DNA from: a virus
Lineage: Duplodnaviria; Caudoviricetes
Length of the DNA stretch: 44,069 nucleotides
Reading direction: 5' to 3' (one strand)
IMG/VR virus record: IMGVR_UViG_3300027986_000016
Location: 1 to 44,069 of that record
Shown: positions 25,344-33,960 of the stretch, piece by piece
Position numbering within the stretch: position 1 is the first letter of the stretch
Layout: the number at the start of each line of letters is the position of its first letter
Program-made: the position numbers and the translations under genes
Notes under the pieces: generated by a model
Told to the model about the DNA's origin: nothing
Database searches by the model: none
Seen by the model: only the letters and a program-made list of their open reading frames with translations

Positions 25344-28064
25344 ATGACGGATATAGTTGGGTTTTCCAACAAGGGTCGCACTACGATTAACATGCCACCG
25401 AACGGTCTACCGTCCGGCTCGGGATCGCAGACCCTCACCGTCCAGAGCGCAGCAGTCTTGCCGCCTTCTGGTAAAGCCTTCGACATCATCATTGAGCAGG
25501 AGTACATAACGGTTCCTGCTGCCGTCAATACGGGCGGGCCAACGTACACCGGCGTCCTTCGGGGGCAGTACGGCACGAGTCCTGTCGCGCACGTTGACCA
25601 GACTCCGATCATCGAGGTTGTTACCGCCTACGAGCTAGGCCAGTTCGTGCAGTTCCCGCAAGCCAAGCTGACGATCGACCAGGATGTCTCGATCACCACA
25701 CCGAACAACGGCGATGTTCTCACCTACGACACCGCAACCTCGCTCTGGAAGAACAAACCAAGCGGATCAAACACTCTCTCGGGCGACACTGACGTCACGC
25801 TTACATCCCTCGCGAAAGGCGACATCCTCGTCTATGATAGTTCGATCTCGAAGTGGAAGAACTACGCCGCAGGCACCTCTGGCTACGCTCTGATATCCAA
25901 CGGGGCCGGTACTCTCCCGACCTGGCAGGCGATTGCGCAGGCGCTGTCTGGCCTCTCTGACGTCACGATCACGTCGATCGCGAAAGGCGACATTCTCGTC
26001 TATGACGCCGCACTGAGCAAGTGGAAGAACTACGCAGCCGGGACATCGGGCTACGCGCTCATCTCTAACGGACCCACAACGCTTCCCACCTGGCAGGCAA
26101 TTGCTACCTCGCTGGCGACCCTCACAGACGTGGTCGAGACATCGCTGGCGAACGGCGATATCCTCGTCTACGAAAGCGCCACCGGCAAGTGGAAGAACTA
26201 CGCAGACGGCACAGCGGGTCAGGTGCTCACTGCGAACGGCGCAGGGCAGAAGCCTACCTACCAAACGCAAGCCACGACGATGTACGCCTATTGGGACAAC
26301 ATCTCCGGGACGGGCGACAACGGAACGCTCTACGCATCATGGAGCACGATCTCTCCGGGCGCAGCCACCGGCGCTGACGGCAGTGGTCATATTCACATCG
26401 ACGGCACGCACTCCAGCCGAATCGACTTCGATGTGGCCGGCATCTACACCATCACGTGCGGCTTGCTGCCTGGCATTGGCGATAACACGACGACCAACTA
26501 CTTCAGGATGCTCAAGAACGGTGGCACGACGCTCGACATCCTAGACAGTTTCTTTAACTCGTCCACACAAACGTACAAGAGCCTTAGTTGGACCGGGCAC
26601 CTGAACGCCGGCGACTACATCGAGTTTTCGCTCTACATGGGCGGCACGGTGTCCATTAGCTACTCAGTGGGGTACATCGGCATCACCTCGATCACACTGA
26701 ACGGGCAGCTTGCGCCAGGAACGTACGCAGCACTGACCGACGTGGCGCTCTCGGGACTGCAAAACGGTCAGGTGCCGATGTACAACACTGGCACGTCAAA
26801 GTGGAACAACGCTAACGCCAGTCTGCCGCTGTCCACCGAACTGGCCTACTGGACGAAGTTGGCCGCTCTGCTAGAGCCCGACGCTATAGAGCCGGTACAG
26901 TACGGGACGTTTACCTATACCATCAGCGGCAGCGCAACCAAGTTTCTCCTAGCAGCTTGGGATGCGTCGATCGCGAGTAATGGTCGCTTCGAGCTTCGGG
27001 ACGTTCGCCAGCCAATACCGTTGAGAGGCGTGACCGTGAACGGACTTGCCTCTCAGGCTATCGCGGTGTTCTTGGACCCGACGAAGCCGACGTACGCGGA
27101 TGCCATGAGCACCTACTACTCGCGACTCGATCAGATTGCGACGAGCGCAACGAAGTATGTGTACATCTCCACGACATCCACGATTGTCCCGCTACTGCCG
27201 GGTCCGTACGGTTCGATCATTACCGGAGCAACCTGTTTCGACTTCGCGTGGATCATCCTGTCGCCATTCGGCCTCAACCTCTACGACGAGGTAGCCGACA
27301 CCACGACGCAGCGATTCGCTCATCAAATGAGGTTCCCAATCAACAAGAACTTCGCTGGCGGGTTGCAAAGCTCCTTCACAGGGGCGGCGGGCAATCTCGC
27401 CGGCGTGTCGTACATCATCCTCCCAAGCACGTGGTCCGCTGTCACCGATCCGCTGGCCCCATACAGCTTCCGCGACGACTTCATGGGCGCGACTCTCGAC
27501 ACGACGACCAAGTGGACGCGCGTCCAGAGCACTGCCGGCAACGTGGAGATCGACACCAATTTCCAGTGGCTAAACCTTGTTGGTAACAGCACGTGGGGAG
27601 CGAATGGGCTATACACGCAGTCGTCGTGGGCGCACTCTTCCGGGAAGAAGATGCTCGTAGACGTCTATGTGCCACAGGCAGCATCGCAAGGGACGAATCA
27701 GGTCATGGTGGGCTGGATGGACGCGCTTGGTGTCTCTTACACCAACTTCGCTCACGGCATCAACTTTGGCAACAACGGGTCCGGTGGGTCGCAGCTTCAA
27801 GCCTACGAGAACGGCACGGCGCGTGGCGCTGTCGGGAGCGGATTCACGCAGGGTGCCATCTATCGCTTGCGCTTCACTCTCGGAGCGTCCAGTTGTACCT
27901 ACGAGATTCAGGGCGGGCCAGAGTATCCTCCCATCGGCGGAACCTCCTGGACGAACATCACGCCAGGCACAAGTAGCTCTTCTACCACTCCGCTCCGCGC
28001 CGGCGCGTCGGTCGGAGCGGCTTCCACACCGAAAAGCTGGATCAGCGACGTCCGCGTGTACTAA
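25344..28064 (+). CDS. Tail fibre / receptor-binding protein
   Basis: DV-x-x-x-S-x-x-x-GD-x-LVYD..KWKN fibre repeats; C1q-like domain (LNAGDYIEF); C-terminal lectin-like beta domain (FRDDFMGATLDTTTKW..ISDVRVY). Confidence 0.85.
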   Translation: MTDIVGFSNKGRTTINMPPNGLPSGSGSQTLTVQSAAVLPPSGKAFDIIIEQEYITVPAAVNTGGPTYTGVLRGQYGTSPVAHVDQTPIIEVVTAYELGQFVQFPQAKLTIDQDVSITTPNNGDVLTYDTATSLWKNKPSGSNTLSGDTDVTLTSLAKGDILVYDSSISKWKNYAAGTSGYALISNGAGTLPTWQAIAQALSGLSDVTITSIAKGDILVYDAALSKWKNYAAGTSGYALISNGPTTLPTWQAIATSLATLTDVVETSLANGDILVYESATGKWKNYADGTAGQVLTANGAGQKPTYQTQATTMYAYWDNISGTGDNGTLYASWSTISPGAATGADGSGHIHIDGTHSSRIDFDVAGIYTITCGLLPGIGDNTTTNYFRMLKNGGTTLDILDSFFNSSTQTYKSLSWTGHLNAGDYIEFSLYMGGTVSISYSVGYIGITSITLNGQLAPGTYAALTDVALSGLQNGQVPMYNTGTSKWNNANASLPLSTELAYWTKLAALLEPDAIEPVQYGTFTYTISGSATKFLLAAWDASIASNGRFELRDVRQPIPLRGVTVNGLASQAIAVFLDPTKPTYADAMSTYYSRLDQIATSATKYVYISTTSTIVPLLPGPYGSIITGATCFDFAWIILSPFGLNLYDEVADTTTQRFAHQMRFPINKNFAGGLQSSFTGAAGNLAGVSYIILPSTWSAVTDPLAPYSFRDDFMGATLDTTTKWTRVQSTAGNVEIDTNFQWLNLVGNSTWGANGLYTQSSWAHSSGKKMLVDVYVPQAASQGTNQVMVGWMDALGVSYTNFAHGINFGNNGSGGSQLQAYENGTARGAVGSGFTQGAIYRLRFTLGASSCTYEIQGGPEYPPIGGTSWTNITPGTSSSSTTPLRAGASVGAASTPKSWISDVRVY
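25776..26270 (+). repeat. Three 168-bp (56-aa) tandem repeats in the tail fibre gene
   Basis: GCGAA(A/C)GGCGA(C/T)AT(C/T)CTCGTCTA at 25812, 25980 and 26148; AAGTGGAAGAACTACGC in each unit. Confidence 0.9.
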
Positions 28065-28111
28065 ATCCCCTGGTGTCCTGCTACCATAAGAGTAGGTAAA
28101 GGGGGTTTTCA

Positions 28112-28555
28112 ATGACTGAGCAGCAGACGTCAATCGCTCCATCGTCGGTGGTGCAGGGTATCGCAGACAGCCTCAACGAGCCACCGAAGTTGTCCGAACT
28201 GGACGCTCACCTCGGTTCGCTCCTCCGTGAAGTCACCCGCTTCAAGCAGGCGTTCACCGATCTGCTCGCGCACACCCGCAACATCGAGGGCGCGCTGTCC
28301 GAAGCTCGCGACCACCTCACCGGCAAGGACTCGCAGATCGCATCGCTCAAGGCACAGCTTGAGCGAGCAGTTCAGGACGTGACCAACAAGGACACGCTCC
28401 TTCACGACCTACAGTCCCAACTGGACACGCTCCGGGAAAACTACAACACGGTCGAGAACCACGCCGCCGAACTGGCGCGAGAACTGGCCGAAAAGACCGC
28501 AGAGATCGCAGGTGTTGTCGATGCTCCTAGCGCCCCTGCGCCGACCAACGGCTAG
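28112..28555 (+). CDS. Coiled-coil hypothetical protein
   Basis: 147 aa with heptad pattern; GGGGG RBS. Confidence 0.75.
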   Translation: MTEQQTSIAPSSVVQGIADSLNEPPKLSELDAHLGSLLREVTRFKQAFTDLLAHTRNIEGALSEARDHLTGKDSQIASLKAQLERAVQDVTNKDTLLHDLQSQLDTLRENYNTVENHAAELARELAEKTAEIAGVVDAPSAPAPTNG

Positions 28556-28576
28556 AGGCTACAGGAGTGACCCGCA

Positions 28577-28972
28577 ATGCCCCCGACCCATGTCGGCGCA
28601 AACGGCTACTCGAAGCTTGATGACCACGATCTACTCATCACGCTCAACACGCAGTTCGAGAGCTTCCTGGAGGCCCAGAAAGAGGAGAAGGCAGTCCGTG
28701 AGGCGATGCTGTCTCGGATTGCCGCTCTAGAGAAGGGGCACGACGCAGCGGCGCATCTCTTCGATGAGATCGTCGCCAAGCTGAACAAAGGGCTTGATGA
28801 ATCCGAGCGTGTCCGCGTCAGGACATGGATTCGCCAAGAAGACGACACCATCGAGGCCGAGAAGACGCGCGATGGGCAGTCGCCAATCGTGAGGTCCACG
28901 ATCGCCGGCGCGATAATCGGCGTCTTCGGGATTCTCGTTGTGGCACTGCTCCAGGCGCACGGTGTTCTGTAA
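28577..28972 (+). CDS. Coiled-coil protein with C-terminal TM helix (XhlA-like architecture, lysis-associated)
   Basis: DHDLLITLNTQ..RIAALEK..IAGAIIGVFGILVVALLQ; AGGAG RBS. Confidence 0.7.
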   Translation: MPPTHVGANGYSKLDDHDLLITLNTQFESFLEAQKEEKAVREAMLSRIAALEKGHDAAAHLFDEIVAKLNKGLDESERVRVRTWIRQEDDTIEAEKTRDGQSPIVRSTIAGAIIGVFGILVVALLQAHGVL

Positions 28973-29361
28973 TGGACGGCCAGCAGAAACCAACAGTCTT
29001 CATCCATGAGGATGACGAGGCACTTCTCGACGCGCTCTGTGACTCGCTGGAGATGTTAGGCTACCCGGTAGTCGGCACGTCGGGGATGCTACAGCCAAAC
29101 CGTTTGCGGTTCCGTGGGATGCCTGGCATCTTCATCATGGACCTGATGCTCATGAACGAGCCGTCCGGGATCGAGCTAACCAGGACGCTGAAGGAACGAG
29201 GCATGAAGTGTCCGGTGATCGCGATTACGGCATCGCCAATGATGGCCGAACAAGCTCGTGAGTCAGGGCTGTTCGCAGACGTTCTAAACAAGCCTGACGG
29301 CGTACTTGCGCTCCATCTCGTCTCGGCAATTGACAAGGCACTCGCGCCCCAGGAGGGCTGA
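28972..29361 (+). CDS. Stand-alone CheY-like response-regulator receiver
   Basis: VFIHEDDE (acidic pocket), IFIMDLML (phospho-acceptor Asp), SGIEL, PVIAITAS (Thr), LNKP (Lys). ATG overlaps the upstream TAA. Confidence 0.9.
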   Translation: MDGQQKPTVFIHEDDEALLDALCDSLEMLGYPVVGTSGMLQPNRLRFRGMPGIFIMDLMLMNEPSGIELTRTLKERGMKCPVIAITASPMMAEQARESGLFADVLNKPDGVLALHLVSAIDKALAPQEG

Positions 29362-29365
29362 CACC

Positions 29366-29524
29366 ATGCGGCATCTCTTCGATCATCTGCGCTGCCTCAT
29401 CGGATTCCATCCCGTCGATCTGTACGTCACTGAGCGTCACAACGCCCACTGGTGGTACACTGCCTGCCGCGTCTGCGGCAAGGGGTCGCCATTCGCGAAT
29501 GAGTACGAAAAGGGCAGCAAATGA
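29366..29524 (+). CDS. Small Zn-finger protein (DUF1660-like C-x4-H..CxxC)
   Basis: LRCLIGFHP..CRVCGK; AGGAGG RBS; ATGA overlap with the next gene. Confidence 0.7.
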   Translation: MRHLFDHLRCLIGFHPVDLYVTERHNAHWWYTACRVCGKGSPFANEYEKGSK

Positions 29525-30555
29525 AAATCATTTCTGCCTTAATCGCCCTCGCTGTGCTGTTCTCTTCGTGCGTGTTTGCACGCCTGTCGCAGAGCGTCAC
29601 ACTTGCGGCAAAACCCGTCCGCATCCTCCACGTGGCGGCGGGCACCGACCTGAAGTCACTCCAATGGGACCATGCCTTCATCTTCCTGCCGACCGCATGG
29701 CAGTACGCACCGAATCAGGGGGAGGGTGCTGTCGCCTGCGACGTGGATAGCGGGATAGACCCAAGCGTCACGGATACAACCGCCGCTGTCATCGACTCGA
29801 TCAATACCACCGACCAGACATCTCCTGATACGTGGCAGGACGACGTGGGTCACGGCACGTTTACCGCGAGCCAAATAGCCGGCAACGGGTCAGTGCTCGA
29901 CGCGGTCGCGCCGAAAGCCAGTCTCATCATCGTGAAGTCTCTAGGGCCAAAAGGCGGCGACTTTCTCTCTATCTCAGCCGGTATCATCTACTGCATCACG
30001 CACGGCGCTGACGTTGTGAACATGAGCTTCGGGGGGTCCGATCTAAGCGAGCACTCAGCGTTTCAATCGCTCGTGGACCTCGGCTGTCAAAACGGCGTGG
30101 ACTTCACCATCGCCGCAGGAAACTCGGGTGGGCAGAATCGAAACGATCCGGCGTCGGTCCAGTCGCCGTGCGCCATCACCGTGAACGCCATTAGCCCGGA
30201 CGGCTTCGTGGCGAAGTTCTCAGACTACGGGCAGACGCCAAACACGGTGAGTGCTCCGGGCGTCGGAATCGTCGGTCATTGGGGATCGCAGATTGGCATG
30301 GGCGACGGAACGTCGTTCGGCGCACCACTCGTCGCCGGCACCATCGCCCTACTCAGAGCGCAGGGCGCAAGCGCGACTCAGGCGGTAGCTGAGATTCTAA
30401 AGACCGCATCGCCGCCCTTAGACAAAACGATTCGCGGTAAGGCGTATGCGAAACTGCGTAGGCTCCTATACGGCCACGGCTACCTCGACGCCGGCGCGGC
30501 GCTCAGGGATTGGGCGCTACAAACCAAGCGACACTCGAACCTGGAGGCACTATGA
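29521..30555 (+). CDS. Exported subtilisin-like serine protease (S8)
   Basis: Signal-like N-terminus MKIISALIALAVLFSSC; triad DVDSGID, GHGTFTAS, GTSFGAP; oxyanion AAGN; VVNMSFG; YGHGYLDA. Confidence 0.95.
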   Translation: MKIISALIALAVLFSSCVFARLSQSVTLAAKPVRILHVAAGTDLKSLQWDHAFIFLPTAWQYAPNQGEGAVACDVDSGIDPSVTDTTAAVIDSINTTDQTSPDTWQDDVGHGTFTASQIAGNGSVLDAVAPKASLIIVKSLGPKGGDFLSISAGIIYCITHGADVVNMSFGGSDLSEHSAFQSLVDLGCQNGVDFTIAAGNSGGQNRNDPASVQSPCAITVNAISPDGFVAKFSDYGQTPNTVSAPGVGIVGHWGSQIGMGDGTSFGAPLVAGTIALLRAQGASATQAVAEILKTASPPLDKTIRGKAYAKLRRLLYGHGYLDAGAALRDWALQTKRHSNLEAL

Positions 30556-31712
30556 AACGGCTCTACGACTTTCTAGCACCGTGGCGACCTGGCGGACTAC
30601 AGGGGCGTCACTACCACGGTGTTATCACCATCGCGATCGTCGCTGTCTTGATCTTCATACTCGGTGCGGGGATCGGCGGGACAGTCACGTACAAGATCGC
30701 GAGCGACCGTCAGGGCGGTTTCATCAAGAAGCATCTGCCGCCCCCTGTGCGGGTCATGCGTGGTGCGCTGCCGTCGTCGTACAACCTGTTCCGCTTTGTC
30801 ATTCGCATCCATCAGCAGGACGGCTCAAACTCGTGCGTGGCTCAGACCGGCTCCGAGATCGAAGAGATCACGCTTGCCGAACAGGGCATCCACATTCCAA
30901 TGAGCGCCGGCTACATCTACAACCAGTACAAGTATCAGAACCTCGATGACGGCATGACCTACCCCGCCCTTGGGTACGCACTCACACAGGACGGCGACGC
31001 GCCTCTCTCGGTCTTCGGCTACGACGGCGTAGGCGATGTCTGGGCACAGCCGGGGCCACTGGCGAGACAGGTCGCGGCGCGCTACCGCATGAAAAGCTGG
31101 TTCTCGATCGGTACAACGGACATCGGCACGATGGAGTACGAGCTAGCTCACGGCCACCCGTTCGGCGTGGCGCTACACATATACGCTTCGTTCCTCGCGC
31201 AGCTAAACAGCGGCCAGACCGTATACGTGTCAGGTCAGGGCGGCGCGGGCGACTACTTTGTCTTCGATCACTCGATGACAGCAGTCGGCTACGACTCCAG
31301 CGGCCTGTGGCTCCTCAACCACTACGGCCCTCCGGGATACGTCCACATAACCTGGGACTTCCTAGCTGCCTGGAATAACGGCGACTCGATCGGATTCGTG
31401 CCGAACATGCAGCCGAAGCCACCGCTCATGTCGAAGGTCAACCAGCGCATCTGGAATCAGTACCGCGCCGAGCACCACAAGCCCTTAATTAGCTTCAAAA
31501 AGGGGTCTAGCTTGACTCCTGCCGCCCGGTATTGGGTCAAGCACACACCGGCCCACACAGGGGGCATTTTGAAGGCAGAGCAGTGGTTCCCGCGCGGGCG
31601 TCACGGACTCAAGGGCTTCGAGGAAGACTTCTACCAGGGCTACGACTTAATCTACTGGCCGCGCTTCAAGGGCGAGCCTCACAAGTGGTTACTCCACCGA
31701 TGGGCGCGCTAG
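30552..31712 (+). CDS. Membrane-anchored papain-like (C1) cysteine protease with C-terminal LGFP-like domain
   Basis: TM VITIAIVAVLIFILGAGIGG; LPSSYNL; QQDGSNSCVAQ (Gln/Cys); SAGYIY; DHSMTAVGYD (His); LLNHYG (Asn). GGAGG RBS; ATGA overlap. Confidence 0.88.
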   Translation: MKRLYDFLAPWRPGGLQGRHYHGVITIAIVAVLIFILGAGIGGTVTYKIASDRQGGFIKKHLPPPVRVMRGALPSSYNLFRFVIRIHQQDGSNSCVAQTGSEIEEITLAEQGIHIPMSAGYIYNQYKYQNLDDGMTYPALGYALTQDGDAPLSVFGYDGVGDVWAQPGPLARQVAARYRMKSWFSIGTTDIGTMEYELAHGHPFGVALHIYASFLAQLNSGQTVYVSGQGGAGDYFVFDHSMTAVGYDSSGLWLLNHYGPPGYVHITWDFLAAWNNGDSIGFVPNMQPKPPLMSKVNQRIWNQYRAEHHKPLISFKKGSSLTPAARYWVKHTPAHTGGILKAEQWFPRGRHGLKGFEEDFYQGYDLIYWPRFKGEPHKWLLHRWAR

Positions 31713-32026
31713 ACCAACCACCGCTGACGGGCGAACTGTTCCATGAAGTCGGCGTGCTCTCGCAGACTGAGGCTGACCTGACGGCAGAGAACAGATCGCT
31801 TACCGCGCGAGTCGCAGCACTTGAAGCACGAGCCGCTATCTCTGCCGATGCGGCAAGCTGGGCCGAGAAGCACGCCGAGAACGCGAAGGACGCTCAGGGG
31901 ATGCTTGTCGAGTTGCGCCACGCGCTGCTCATGAGTTGCGCGACTGGCGCTGCCGGCGTTACGATTGGCGCAGCCCTTGGCCCTCTGGTGTCGCATCTCT
32001 TCGCAAGGGCGTTCGGGGTAATATAA
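31700..32026 (+). CDS. Coiled-coil protein with C-terminal TM helix
   Basis: LTARVAALEAR..ATGAAGVTIGAALGPLVSHLF; overlaps the end of the C1 gene. Confidence 0.65.
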   Translation: MGALDQPPLTGELFHEVGVLSQTEADLTAENRSLTARVAALEARAAISADAASWAEKHAENAKDAQGMLVELRHALLMSCATGAAGVTIGAALGPLVSHLFARAFGVI

Positions 32027-32073
32027 GAGCCCCGACGCAGCCTGGGGGCAGGACTACGAAAGAGGCTCGCTCT

Positions 32074-32328
32074 ATGATAATCGACACGCGACGTGGCTGT
32101 ATCGACTGCGGCCACGGCCCGATCGTGACTATGGTGTGCGACACATGCTGCCAGAGGCGGGTTCAGCGAGACGGTGAGCACTGGTTCAAGACGCTGTGCG
32201 CCGACTTCGACATCAAGCATCCCGGTCTTGCGGCAGAAAAAGAGCGCAAGGCCCGGCAGCGAACCACCAGGGCCAAGCGCGAAGCAGTTATCGGATGGAA
32301 CAACGAAGTGCTGAGAGAGGCGAGCTAG
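32074..32328 (+). CDS. Cys-rich hypothetical protein
   Basis: CIDCGH..CDTCC; GAGG RBS; stop overlaps the convergent gene stop (CTAG). Confidence 0.55.
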   Translation: MIIDTRRGCIDCGHGPIVTMVCDTCCQRRVQRDGEHWFKTLCADFDIKHPGLAAEKERKARQRTTRAKREAVIGWNNEVLREAS

Positions 32329-32588
32329 TCCCGCACGGTGATCGTCCTAGTCTCGCCGTTCTTCAGTTCAACGACGACCGTGCCGGTGTGCGGGTTGATG
32401 TTTAGCCGCTGAAGATCGCTCGGGTTGATGTTGTTCGTCCGCAGGAAGTCGTTGACACGTTTACCCGAAACGATGGCTGTGGTCGGTCGTCCGCGATGTC
32501 GTCCGATCGCGATGATCGCGGCACGAAGGTCGGCGGTCAGGTTAGGCTCTTCGATCACGAGCGTCTTATCAGAACTGCGAGTCAGCAT
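32325..32588 (-). CDS. Hypothetical protein
   Basis: AGGAG RBS; last gene of the leftward early operon. Confidence 0.7.
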   Translation of the reverse strand: MLTRSSDKTLVIEEPNLTADLRAAIIAIGRHRGRPTTAIVSGKRVNDFLRTNNINPSDLQRLNINPHTGTVVVELKNGETRTITVRD

Positions 32589-32754
32589 GTAGTATCTCCT
32601 GGTTGACGGGAGGGTGACAGATTACACAGAGCACGGCGTCGTCCGTGTGCTTCCAGAGCCACACGTGCTCGTTGATGTAGCAAACGGGATGTCCTTTGTG
32701 GGCGACGTAAGGCGTACCGTCATCCGCGACTCTGGCGTCAGTCTCGTCGCCCAT
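32569..32754 (-). CDS. Small Cys/His protein
   Basis: CYINEHVW..CVICHP; overlaps neighbouring genes. Confidence 0.55.
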   Translation of the reverse strand: MGDETDARVADDGTPYVAHKGHPVCYINEHVWLWKHTDDAVLCVICHPPVNQEILHADSQF

Positions 32755-32908
32755 CGGTATCACTCGGAAGCTCTTTGCGCCCACCACACTGGTTGCACTT
32801 CAGGTACTGCTTGAAGCACACGCCGTCGATGCTCACCAACCTCACAAGAGACGCAGGATGGCCGCAGCCTGAGCACCTTGGTCGTTTGTCGTTCGGCTTG
32901 CCGATCAT
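32738..32908 (-). CDS. Small Zn-ribbon protein
   Basis: CSGCG..CNQCG; GGAG RBS; ATGA overlap. Confidence 0.6.
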   Translation of the reverse strand: MIGKPNDKRPRCSGCGHPASLVRLVSIDGVCFKQYLKCNQCGGRKELPSDTDGRRD

Positions 32909-33111
32909 GCTGCGCACTCCATCGGGACCTTCCAGGACAGCGTTCGGCAGCGGCTCCAACCTAGAGCCACGTAGGCCCAATGCAGGATGTTGTGCTGGGC
33001 TACGACCGGGTTGCTAGCCCGGACACAGCCAGTGACACGCTCTTGCGTGTCTTCGTTGAAGACCTGTACCTCAAACTCCATCTCGAACGAAGTCGTCACG
33101 TTGTTGTCCAT
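32905..33111 (-). CDS. Hypothetical protein
   Basis: 68 aa; tiles the operon. Confidence 0.6.
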   Translation of the reverse strand: MDNNVTTSFEMEFEVQVFNEDTQERVTGCVRASNPVVAQHNILHWAYVALGWSRCRTLSWKVPMECAA

Positions 33112-33380
33112 TCTGCGAGCGTCGGAACAACAAAGGCCATCTTCGGGCCAACGAATTGCCTGAGACTTTCCAGGCGCATCTTGGGCGGGTCCGTCTCCCG
33201 CAGAACCAGGACACGGTTCCGGCCCGTAGGCTTGTAGCCCACGCTGGTGACTTCAGCGACGGCCTGCCGCTTTGCCTCGTGCTCGGTGTCGGACGGCAGT
33301 TTCAAGCCGTAGCACACGACGTACTCAGGCGTGTCGTGGCCTTTCAGTTCGATCTCTACCACGTAGGTGTTCGTTGCCAT
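33096..33380 (-). CDS. Hypothetical protein
   Basis: GGGAG RBS; 94 aa. Confidence 0.65.
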   Translation of the reverse strand: MATNTYVVEIELKGHDTPEYVVCYGLKLPSDTEHEAKRQAVAEVTSVGYKPTGRNRVLVLRETDPPKMRLESLRQFVGPKMAFVVPTLAEWTTT

Positions 33381-33381
33381 C

Positions 33382-33960
33382 TCACACTCCCTCCCATGCC
33401 GGTAGGTTATCGGCAGGAACTATGCCATCGGGAATCTGCTTGCTCATGCGTCCCATCCAGAAGAGATGAATCTCGTGATTCTTGCTCTGGATGTTGATGT
33501 GCGGGCAGCCGTAGTAGTGGACGTGCTTCATCGTCACGACGCGGCGAGTGACGATGCGCCGTGTCTGCACCTTGCTATCCAACCACTGCCCTAGCATGTA
33601 GACTCTGCGCCTGACGCGAAAGTTGAGCGTGTTCACCCTCCATGTTCTCGTGTGACCGGAACGAGCAAAAAGCCAGTCGCGCGCAGCCATGAGAAGCCCG
33701 TCGCGGACTGGCCTGAGCGGGACTGTCACCCATGTCTCCTGCTTGTTTTCGACCTCGTACGGTCCCTCGTCGCTCCTGGCCGCGATGACCTTGGCTCTGA
33801 TCTCCATGATCGACGCCATCATCGCGTGGTCGTACATCATCTCGACTTCAGGGGCGATAGCTAGATCGTAGTCGGTGAGTATCTTTCGCGCGGCGAACGT
33901 GAGGTGTTCGAGCGTAAGCTGACCCGTCTTGGTCGCGGACAAGTCTATCGGCTCCATCAT
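33382..33960 (-). CDS. Hypothetical protein
   Basis: GGAGG RBS; 192 aa; ATGA overlap. Confidence 0.7.
   Translation of the reverse strand: MMEPIDLSATKTGQLTLEHLTFAARKILTDYDLAIAPEVEMMYDHAMMASIMEIRAKVIAARSDEGPYEVENKQETWVTVPLRPVRDGLLMAARDWLFARSGHTRTWRVNTLNFRVRRRVYMLGQWLDSKVQTRRIVTRRVVTMKHVHYYGCPHINIQSKNHEIHLFWMGRMSKQIPDGIVPADNLPAWEGV

Noticed and set aside
23071-28064. Diversity-generating retroelement targeting the fibres
   Set aside because: No reverse transcriptase in the window and no TR/VR pair with adenine-specific mismatches seen; the repeats are in-frame shaft repeats.
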